From assembly GCA_000934665.2 (NCBI GenBank), contig KZ538737.1:1-50817 (forward strand): 50,817 nt of DNA. Reading direction: 5' to 3'. The DNA comes from Catajapyx aquilonaris (lineage: Eukaryota). Positions 1 through 10,149 of the stretch are shown in pieces (the stretch's first letter is position 1; each line of letters starts with the position of its first letter). Under the pieces are notes generated by a model. That model did no database searches and was not told where the DNA came from. It saw only the letters and a list, made by a program, of their open reading frames with translations. Position numbers and translations under genes: made by a program.

Positions 1-410
1 CATGAACCGGTATGTACCGTACCGATTGTACTGTTTGAACCGGTATATACCGTACCGGTTGTACTGATTGAACCGGTATATACCGTACCGGTTGTACCGA
101 TTCAACGGGTCGTACCGCATGAACCAGTATTGTACTGTACCGGATGTACTGATTCAACTGGTCGTACTGGTTGTACTGATTCAACTGGTCGTACTGGTTG
201 TACTGATTCAACTGGTCGTACTGGTTGTACTGATTCAACTGGTCGTACTGCATGAACTGGTACATACCGTACCAGTTGTACCAATTCAACTGGTACGTAC
301 CATACCGGTTGTACCAATTCAACTGGTCGTACCGCATGAACTGGTATGACCCGCACCAGTTGTACTGCTTCAACTGGTGGTACCGCATGAACTAACCGCA
401 ACTTCAATTA
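1..410. repeat. Minisatellite, ~27-bp unit (GGTTGTACTGATTCAACTGGTCGTACT and variants)
   Basis: Near-perfect copies at ~145-250 with degenerate flanks; explains the repetitive ORFs 68..349 and 102..407. Confidence 0.9.
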
Positions 411-621
411 CCTGTGAGTACGTCATGTGTCTACTTCATTGCACCGTTTTCTCTACAATTGTTTTCCTTAGAAACAATCAAGCCTCGCTGTCTATTAACT
501 CCAGTAAAATGACTAGTATCATAAATACTATGGGTACTATTTAGCTGCTATGAAAATGGACAATAGTTGTACCCAAATTTTTAAACATTAAATTGTATAA
601 ATGACATTGTTATAGTTAATT

Positions 622-838
622 TAAAAAATTGAAAACGGTTGAAATTCGGGTTTTTTAAACGCGTTTAAAAATCGCGGGTCAAATTTTTTGGGATTCGAAC
701 GAAATGAACTATTTCGTTTCGAACGGATCGGTTCGTTTACAGTGTAAACGGGGGGCATTTCGTTCGAACAGATTTGTTCATTTCGTTTTTCGTTCATTTC
801 GAACGATTTCACCGATTTCGTTTCCGTTCAAAATTTTG
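622..838. repeat. Degenerate TTCG/CGAA-rich element with imperfect inverted ends upstream of frataxin (possible old MITE)
   Basis: AAAATTGAAAACGGTTGAAATTCGG at ~625 is an imperfect reverse complement of CCGATTTCGTTTCCGTTCAAAATTTT at ~812; many internal TTTCG words. Confidence 0.4.
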
Positions 839-1073
839 CCATTTTTTTTTTTTTCCAGTGCAAATTTTTCGCGAATTATCGTATCGACTTGATTATTCCG
901 CATCGTCGTTGCCAAGTGTGCGTGTGGCGCATTATTGATCTCGTGTATGCAGCAAGCTCAGAGAGGTAATTAATCGGGCGCAGACATGGAAGGACTGGTT
1001 AGGTTAAAGGGGGTAGCTCTCCAAAAAAATCTGTTGCAAAAATAATTTGTGCTGAAAATTTTCTGCAGGTGTG

Positions 1074-1994
1074 ATGATCAGGGCACTGTTGCGTGGCTGC
1101 TGGACTCACACTGCACGAGGAGCTGCGGCCGTACATGTCAGACGGGGACTGGTGGTGTCTCGTTACCATGCGGACCGGACGCCACAGCTCGTCACAGGGT
1201 GTGCCAGGAGGTTTTGCACCCAGCAGAACGGGTATTGCAAGCCGTTATGTGCACCGAGTACAGGTCATTAACCGCGCTTGTTCATGCAGCGCTTCATTGA
1301 GCGAGGTTGAGTATTCGCGCCTGGCCGAGGAGACGCTTGACTCCCTCTCGGAGTACTTCGACGAGTTGCTTCAGGACCTGAAGGAAGCGGACGTTGCTTA
1401 CGGGGTAATCAGGCAGCATTCTTATGCTTCACGTACGTATACTTCATTTGCTGGGTTGCTGGCATTTGCAGGATGGGGTGCTGACCGTCGTCTTGGGGCC
1501 AACCATCGGCACTTACGTTATAAACAAGCAGACGCCCAACAAGCAACTATGGCTCTCCTCGCCTTTAAGCGGACCTAAAAGGTATACCTCTATCGACACA
1601 TTTTCTGAGGCTGCGAAATAAATTTATTTATTTATTAGTAACTAATAATAAATTTTCTATATGCTAATCATTCATTATAAATTTTCTATTAGTTATTAAT
1701 GATAATCTATTTATTAGTTATTAATGATAATAATCTGATGTAGCGAATCGACCTGCTTCTAATAAGCTCGTTACTGTCGCAATATTGCAACAGTAAAACT
1801 GAAGGTGAGCCATATACAAAAATAGAGCAACACCTAGAGCAAAATTATCTTCTCAATGTTTCAGGTACGACTACATCGACAATCGCTGGGTGTACAAGCA
1901 CGACGGAATATCCCTTCATTCCTTTCTAACCAAGGAGATATCTGCTGCCTTAAACCGCTCGGTTGACTTCTCCCGCTGTGCGTACGGGAAGTAG
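1074..1994 (+). CDS. FXN: Frataxin (mitochondrial iron/Fe-S cluster assembly protein), ~170 aa
   Basis: Exons 1074-1231, 1290-1404, 1472-1581, 1865-1994, all GT-AG and phase-consistent. Arg-rich N-terminal targeting peptide, then [19 protein letters not shown]...DGVLTVVLG...[28 protein letters not shown]...[11 protein letters not shown] (frataxin/CyaY signature). Probable 5'UTR intron 966-1068. Confidence 0.96.
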
Positions 1995-2018
1995 ATGGTG
2001 CAGTGCAAAGTGTAGACG

Positions 2019-5000
2019 ATGGAATCAGGCAAATTAATAGATGTAATTCAGGATGGCTTCCAGCGTGAGCGGAAAGAGTTCGAGGACACTGGGAAGTTGG
2101 AATCAGTATTTTTGTGCCATAAGGTTCGAGGAGGGCCATTGGACTACCCTGGGGCGATTTCACGAGCTGTTGCCGATGTTGCGAGCGGTTGGGAAGAGCA
2201 CTTTCAAGCGCTGTTTGTCCATCGGATTGGCAACAAGGGAAGCTCCCTGGACATGAACTCGATTCGGGTATGTTAGACGCTTGAAGGTGTCCAACCTGTT
2301 CTAAACTTTTGATCTCCAGGCGAGTGTGGATGATGCGGGAAGCACCGCGTCCATTGCGGCCATGGGCGACTCGGTTGCGAACCGAAGCCGCAGCAGCCGT
2401 TCTGGGGTAGCCAGCGAGGCTGACTTGGCGTCCGTAGTGGCCCAGTCGTGCCATATGGCCGAGGAGCATCTGAGCTTGCTGGCTAAGGATGCATCGGAGC
2501 GGGGAATCCTCGATGCCCTTCCGCTAGTGCTGGGAGGCGCCGTGCTTCTCCGCAACACCCTATGGTGCTATGAGGACTTCTGCAAAGGCTCGGATGACAC
2601 CACCGGAAAAGGCGATGGGATATTCAAACCAAGCTACAGGTTGGTTCGGTACCGACAATGTTTATCTGTAATCCGATCGCCGTGTTCACAGGCTAATGTG
2701 TGGACTTGCGGACGGTGTAGCCGAGCAGCTTCTGGAAGCGCAGTCTGCCCGTGTCGCCACATGCGTACTTGCCTCACCGGATTGCCAGCAGTGGGACGAC
2801 CCTCGGCCGTTCTTCGAAGGCGAACGAGGCTCCTACGCACTCCAAATGTGGTGGACGCACATGCAAGGTCTTCGCCAGGATCTAAGCGGCGCACTTCCGC
2901 CCAAAATATCGCAGCGGCTTCTCACCGCAATTTTAAATGAATCCCTGTCGATTTTAACGTCCCGGTACTGCCGAGCGTACCCATCGCAACACAGATGGCC
3001 GCAATATGTTAATGATCTTGTCGACTTGCTGTGGTGTTGCGGCGATCTGTTGCTGTGCTGTTCGTCATCGATGCGTCAGTTGGGCGGACGTGACGATGGC
3101 GTTGGCCGGGAAGGCAACAAGGCTCTAGCTGCAGTTCATGCTAAGTGCGACCTGCTCTTTGCGTTTCTGGCGCTGTTAGGCCCGTCACTCGGAGCTGTCT
3201 GTAAGGTAAGGACGCTCACTTTCGAACGGTCCTCTTAATTACAATTAATCAGAGCTTCCAGAAGGGCGTCTCCGAGTCGGTTTTGACTCACCGACCTGAC
3301 CGCCGGCCGACGTATCCGCCGTGGTTGACTATCCTGCGACCTGAACTGTTCAGGACACAACCTGACGGACAGCTGACTCCTGAAGCGGACTTGTACCTAG
3401 AGACGGCTTTACTTGAAGCACAACCCGAGCCGCTTTGGGCGCTCATGATTAAGGTACATTTGTTTCTTATTGTCGGCTCTATTTAATTAGTGTCGTTTAC
3501 AGGTGCTGATGAGCCACGGTGCAATGCTGACGAAGCTGATCCTCAGCACCTTAGCAGAAAGGCAGTGCGACCAATGCTGCGTTACAATGTCCAATGAAGT
3601 GCCAAGTCCGCGGTGTTCACGGTATATGTGCGGAGACGGCGGCGGCGTTTGCGTCGTTAAGGAGAAATGCTTATGCCACACTGTCTGTTCCGCTCTAATG
3701 TACCTGCTGGTCCACACCCAGAAGCGACGAGAGGTCGTACAGGCGGTGGTCCGGCCCGTTCTGGGGCAGGTTAAGGAGTAAGTACTGCACAGTCGAGTCC
3801 AGTTGAGGATACTAAGCATCTTAGTCCACAGCTGGTCGATATTGGACAAGTCGCAAGTGTGGAATACCCGCCGGCCATCCTGGTATCGCGCTTTGACCGA
3901 CTTGGTTGAGCCGTACTTGGAAGCGGGGATACTCGGGTTGGTTCTAGACGAGGAGTGGAGTGAGGAGCGGGATACGGATGTCCCGCGAGCTGTAACCGCA
4001 CTGATGTCAAGTCTCGGGGAGGCGGCTCCGTCACTTCCGCCGTTACTTCCGCATTTGCTGGCGCTTTTAGATGACCTAGCGCCGCCGGATGTGAAGCCGT
4101 TGGGTGGCAGTTGCGGCGTGCAGGTCATGGCATCGTCGCTGTACTCCCTACTGAACGATATGGGCCGAGTGGAGGAGCTAGTCGGAGCTGCGTTGGGCGA
4201 AGGCGATAAGGATCTGCTCATTGCGGTTGCGGAACGGTTGTGCCACCTGGACGCTGAAGTCGGTTTGGGCGAGCAGATGCAGGAGGTCAGACGCCAGCTT
4301 CGGATGGGGTAAGCCCACGTGAATGTGATTCCATCGTAATGTGTTTAATCACGGACATTTCCAGTGCGGAGGAGGCCAACTGGGAGGAGATCCACTTCGA
4401 GGACCTAAGCAGCGACGATCCCGAGGCCATGTCCATCGCAGAGGTCATGGCGGACTGGGTCCTCTCCGAGGAGCGGGGCAAGATGGCCATGCAGACCCTC
4501 CACTGGTTCCTGGTCTCCAACCTGGCCTGGGTCAGAGAAGCCCTGGGGTTGACCTCCGCCGGTCACCGAGGCTCCTCCGGGACGATGCTGCACCTGCACG
4601 TGGAGAAGGCCAAGGCTCCCACCCTCCAGATGTACCAGTGGATCGGAGACAGGCATTTCAACGAGGTGAGGCTGCCATGGTACATATGATGCCATGGTAC
4701 AAGTTGCTATGCTAACCCATTGCCGAGCAAAACCATTGCTGTGTGTAAACTGCTGCCATGCAAACTTTGTTGCCATTTTACGTGTTTCCATGCTAACATG
4801 TTGCAATTGCAAACTGTTGACATGCTAAGCTGTTTCCATGCTAACCCATTGCCATATGCTAGCATGTTGCCATGCTAAACAAAACTGTTTCCATGCTGAC
4901 CTGTTGCTATGCTAAACCATCGCCATGCTAACCTGTTGTCATACCAACCGATTGCCATGCTAAAATGTTTCCATGCTAACATGTTGCCATGCAAACCTTT

Positions 5001-5653
5001 GCCATGCTGACCTGTTGCTAATGCTCCACTGTTGCATTGATAAACCTGTTGGCATGCTAAACAGTTGTTGCCATACTAATTGTTGCCATGCTAACTTTGT
5101 TGCCATGCTGATGACCTGTTGCCAATGCTAAACTCTAACCATGCTGACCCATTTCCATGCTTACCTGTTGCCATGCTAAACTGCTTTTATGCTGAACTGT
5201 TGCTATGCTAACATGTTGCCATGATAAAATGTTTCCATGCTAAAACCTGTTGCAATGCTAAATCAATATTGCTATGCTGCCATGTTTGCAATATGCTAAG
5301 CTGTGTCCATGACGAACTCTTGCCATGCTGACCAGTTGCCGTATGTTACTTTGTTGCCATGGTACATGTTGCCATGGTACATGTTGCCACGCTGGCCGAA
5401 CTTGGACAAACAAACAAGCTCTTTGTCTTTTTATCCGCGTATGAGTATAGAGATTGTTTTTGCCGCGTTCCAGGTCCTGGCAGGCACTTTCCAGGTGGAC
5501 TGGCCTCTGATCCTCCAGACCAAGATGGGCCTGAGCAAGGACTTTGTCCAGAGGGTGATCCAGCACAGGTGGGAGCTGCATGGGGACGCACAGCTCAACA
5601 AGTCCGACCAGGAGATGCTCCAGACCCTGATGGCCTCCGTCGGGGAGGAATAG
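2019..5653 (+). CDS. KIAA0825: KIAA0825-like protein (DUF4495 family), ~838 aa
   Basis: Exons 2019-2267, 2320-2639, 2692-3205, 3253-3453, 3503-3777, 3832-4308, 4365-4665, 5474-5653, all GT-AG and phase-consistent. WDDPRPFFEGERGSYALQMW...LPPKISQRLLTAILNESLSILTSRYCRAYPS matches the conserved core of KIAA0825 as I recall it. The start codon is the least certain part. Confidence 0.85.
4670..5392. repeat. Intronic satellite of ~16-18-bp units (TGTTGCCATGCTAAC)
   Basis: Dozens of degenerate copies fill most of intron 7 (4666-5473) of the KIAA0825-like gene. Confidence 0.9.
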
Positions 5654-6658
5654 GTCTGCTGCGGCTTTAATTTTTTTTAAAAAAGGTTGTTTCTAACTAT
5701 GCCGTCGGATGTTGTGCGGAAAATTTGTTGTTGAATTTCTTTGCTCTTGTTGGACGTATATGTTGTGCTACATGTTCACCTATGAAGCCTCTACCAACTG
5801 TAGTAGACCCACTCTTCCCTTCTACTGTAAGCGCATCAAGTGGTCTCGATCACTTCTGTTTATTAGTAAATATTAGCTGTATTTTACCACACTTCAACAA
5901 TAGTCAGTGAAATCGCCTGTAGCCATCACGTATTTAAAAAATTGTTGAGAATTTACACTCATTTGTCGTCAATTTATCTCCATAAAAATTAATTTCAGGC
6001 GAGTGTCCTGAGAAAACCTGCATTGACATAGAGAGAACCCATGCTCAATCAGCGGTTACTGTGCTGAAAAAAATAGCCTGGATACTAGGACAATAATACG
6101 AATTTTTTATGCGCAGCATTACATAAATATGAGCCGTATAAACATTTAAAAAAATTATAATGTAAATTATTATACACACCATGACCGTGCATGATTGAAA
6201 ATGTCCCGCCATCTTTGATGTAGACGCCTCTTCTTATTACACAATCGTCAGTCGTTAATTATTAAATTAGTTAATATATTAAAAATTAATCCGTCGTAAA
6301 AAAATATTATGACCCATTTAAATTATTAAAATGCGATTTACATTTAGTGTCGCTTTACAGCCGCTCGCAATTCGTGGCGCTTCAGTCGAATAGAACGCGG
6401 CAAGTACATCCAGCAAATGAATCGACAATTTTTTTGCCTAATTACGCCGCTTAATTACCCGTCTGTCGCGTCCTAATTAAACTACAGGTTTGTACGCAAC
6501 AGCTAATTGCACAAGCGCACTTTTATGCATTGCAAATATACCAATTATAATTGAATTAGAATCCTGGCAAAGCACGTGCCGGGACTTTAGACATAATATG
6601 TGCACAGAAAAATTAATTAATATTTGTTATTAATTAATTAAAAGTTCGTTTCCAGCAA

Positions 6659-7625
6659 ATGGAAGTTCCAATATTTTCTAATGTGAAGGAGGAGCAATTC
6701 AGAGAGGAAGTTGCGGCCAAGAGAATTCCGGTTGTCATACGTGGGGCGGACGTAGGTTCTTGCGTAGCCAAATGGACGCCGGAATATCTGGAGAGGAAGC
6801 TTGGTTCGAAGGAGGTTAAAGTTCATGAGTCAGTAGAAGCGCGCTTGGATTTTGTGCAGAAAAATTTCAAGTACGTTACGATGCGATTTGGTGACCTGAT
6901 GAAGGAAGCTGTCGCGTCCCGGAGATACTACTACTTGAGAAGCCTCGGAGCTGATCCGAGAGGACGGGATGTGGCCCAGTTCGAATCGCAGTATCCGGAG
7001 ATTGCTGATGACCTGAAAATTCCTTGCTTTTATCCGTCGGACTCCAAATTTTCAAGCGTGTTTAGAGCTGGATCCGCAAACGTGCAGCTTTGGACTCACT
7101 ACGATGTGATGGACAACGTTTTGATTCAGGTCACCGGACGCAAGCGGGTCGTCCTATTCTCACCGGATGATGCGTTGAACCTGTACTTAAACGGAGACAA
7201 ATCTGAGGTTAAGGACATTGATAATCCGGATTTGGAAAAGTTCCCGAGGTTCTCGCAAGTGAAGCGGTTTGAATGTCGGCTTGAACCTGGCGACATTTTA
7301 TTCATCCCCGCTCTTTGGTTTCATAACGTGACCTGCCTCGAGTTTGGCGTTGCGGTGAACGTGTTCTGGCGACACTTGGACGCTAGTATGTACGATAAAA
7401 AGGACAGCTACGGGAATAAGGATTTGGTGCCTGCATCGTTGGTAAGAATGCTTTGGAAAAATAAAAGTCAAATTACGGATCATGTGTTATTTGCAGGCAC
7501 TCGCTACGTTGGACCGAGCTCTGAAGCAGCTAGAGCTTTTACCAGACGATTACAAGAAATTTTACGCTAGACGTATGATATCTAGGATAGAGCATAGAAT
7601 GGGAATTAATACGTGCGATGCATAA
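6659..7625 (+). CDS. TYW5: tRNA wybutosine-synthesizing protein 5 (JmjC/cupin hydroxylase), ~303 aa
   Basis: Exons 6659-7441 and 7497-7625 (55-nt GT-AG intron). JmjC motifs LWTHYDVMDN and LEPGDILFIPALWFHNV; TYW5-typical YYLRSLGADPR, DSYGNKD and C-terminal LDRALKQLELLPDDYKKFYARRMI. AATAAA at 7641. Likely 5'UTR intron 6488-6655. Confidence 0.95.
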
Positions 7626-8659
7626 AGTGTACAGTCTGGAAATAAATGTGTCTGCTTCGTAAGTCTGTGTTTAATTCCCCTCTCTTTGTTTTTCAGATCT
7701 CGCATTCAAAAGACGCGTTTCCCAGTCGCTTGTAATCAACGGGATCCATTGTCGTTAGCTGTAGATTAATGTTAACGAAATGAATATTGCTGGTTCAGCA
7801 ATGGCTTGCTATACCCTGCAGAATATGACCTATTGCGGACGTTTTGCTACAGTGCGACAGAAGTATCGGCCGCAGCAGCTTTCGTACGGATCAAAGCAGC
7901 CGTCAGATGCGTGATGGATAAGAGACCAGGTATTGTACATGCCAGTACGAGGCCTTGATCGAGTCTGAACAAGTTGGAGCTTATCAGAAAAGAAACGCGA
8001 GCCCATCAAAATAATGTCTTTGCTCCTGAGGAGGTACAGGATGTGCCCCTGTACTGAACGGCAAGACCTCCGAGGGCAGATGAAGTGGTCTCGCGATTGG
8101 CTGCTCCAGGTCCTGATATTAATACCAGTTAATTAGTATAAGCGGTTGCCAATTGACTCTTACGACATGTGGTGAGATGAGGCAAAACCTGGTTTTTCAA
8201 GGCAGGACTTGCTTGAGATGAGTCACCAAAATGTTAAGTCATGACCTCTGCTGGTTGTGAATGATGCTTGAGTCACCTAATAAGCTGCTCTGGTCACTTG
8301 TCAAGTGTCATCCAACAATGAGTCATGTTCACCCCTTTTAAAATGATGTAAATAAAATATGTAAATACATACGCAAATTATCTAGAAGCAAATCAGTTAA
8401 GAAAGTCCAGAGAAATCTGAACCCGGTCTGGAACCGTCTCGTCATTATGGATTCCCACGAACCTCACCAACAGAGACCATTACCATTCAAATCCCATGTC
8501 GGCTGCCCAGTGCCCAGCAACTATAGCTACAAACAGCTAAAGCAAGCAGCTACCAGCTATTAAGAACAGTTATCATATATTCCAAACGCTATTTTAAATG
8601 TTAATAATAAAACTATAGTATTGTAATAAATTAACTCAACCGAACTCAACTGACAGAAA

Positions 8660-9730
8660 CTGAGCTCCTAATATAACTAATATAGCCACCAACAAGTCAC
8701 CAATTAACACACTAATATAGCCAATGTATATCCGAACTAATATAACAAATGTGCAAACTAATGCTATTTATAAGCAATACATATTTTAACTAATACATTG
8801 ACTGATATAACAAATTAGATGCTGAAGCTAATATTAATGCAGCCAACAGCCAAATCGCTATCATACAAACTAACATAGCCAATATGCAAACGAAAAAAGG
8901 TGATGTAGCCATCAGTCGAATAGCTATTATACGAACCGATGTAGCCAATAAGCGAATGCAGAATATAAGGCTAATGTAGCCAATAAGCGAATAAAGGCGC
9001 CGAAATAGCCATTGAACTGATGAAGCTAATATAGCCCGTGAACTAATAAAACTAATATAGCCTCAACAAATATGGAAGCTAATATATAGCCAATAAGCAA
9101 ATTAAGAAGCTAATGTAGAATATAGCCAATAAGCAAATTAAGAAGCTAATGTAGAATGTAGCCAATAAGCAAATTAAGAAGCTAATGTAGAATGTAGCCA
9201 ATAAGCAAATTAAGAAGCTAATGTAGAATGTAGCCAATAAGCAAATAATTAAGAAGTTAATATAGCCGGCGAACTAATATAGCCAGTGAACTAATAAAAC
9301 GAACGAATATAGCCGGTGAACTAATAAACGGACGAATATAGCCACGAACTAATAAACTAACTAATATAGCCGGTGAACTAATATGCGAACTAATATAGTC
9401 GGTGAACTAATAAACGGACGAATATAGCCTGTGAACTAATGTGCGAACTAATATAGCTAATGACCTAATAAACGAACTAATATAGCCGGTGAACTAATAT
9501 GCGAACTAATATAGCCAGTGAGCTGATAAGCGAACTAATATAGCTAATGAACTAATAAGCGATCTAATATAGCCGGTGAACTAATGTGCGAACTAATATA
9601 GCTAAATGAACTAATAAGCGAACTAATATAGCCAGTGAACTAATAAGCGAACTAAGTATAGCCAATAAACAAAATGTGGAAGAAGCTAATACAGCCGAGA
9701 AGCAGATCTCCATTTGAATATAAAGCTAAT
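8660..9730. repeat. Compound satellite upstream of ELL (ACTAATATAGCC core; 36-bp and ~30-bp units)
   Basis: 36-bp unit TAGCCAATAAGCAAATTAAGAAGCTAATGTAGAATG repeated at ~9087-9245, then GAACTAATATAGCCGGTGAACTAAT-type units to ~9660. Confidence 0.88.
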
Positions 9731-10149
9731 ACCCGTAACCGTTATAGTCAGTGAGGCATAGTGTGACGCACCGCGTGTGATTGAAACTGTGTGATTGGCG
9801 ACGAGTGGCCAGACTTGGCTGGTATTGGTCATCCCTTCCCCTGTGCCGTGTCAGGAGTGGACCGTGTAAATCCTCCCACAGGTGTTCTCCTGAGAGAGTG
9901 GCGTCCTCTGTGGAGAAGGAAAGGAACGAGGGGACTGACTGGCGGAGGGAGTGCGAACTCGGCCTTCTTGCATCCCTCCTGGCCAGGCTGGGAGAGAGAG
10001 AAGAGATCAGCCAGGCAGCCAGCCAGCCCCTGCCTCCCTCCAGCTGCCCTCCCTCCCTCCCACCCACAGCAGGCAGAGGAGGAGGAGGAGGAGGAGGACG
10101 AGGAGCCAGCTGCACCCCCCCTGGCCTGCGCCTGCTGTAACTTTGTAAC

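Noticed and set aside
1..410. Repeat arrays (also 4670-5392, 8660-9730, 35200-36095) as CRISPR arrays
   Set aside because: They are head-to-tail units without unique spacers, in a eukaryotic intron/exon context with no cas genes.
1995..2012. CAGTGC directly after the frataxin stop (and at ~856) as an iron-responsive element loop
   Set aside because: The flanking bases do not form the 5-bp upper stem or the bulged C.
1861..4221. Long minus-strand ORFs (1861..2469, 3487..4221)
   Set aside because: Antisense shadows of GC-rich coding exons with no recognisable domain.
7442..7570. Unspliced TYW5 C-terminus shown in the ORF track
   Set aside because: Removing the 55-nt GT-AG intron restores the conserved LDRALK..LP..Y..FYARRM tail.
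7697..8130. Possible extra gene after TYW5 (acceptor-like TTTTTCAG at 7696, short open frames)
   Set aside because: All frames close within ~60 codons and resemble nothing I recognise.
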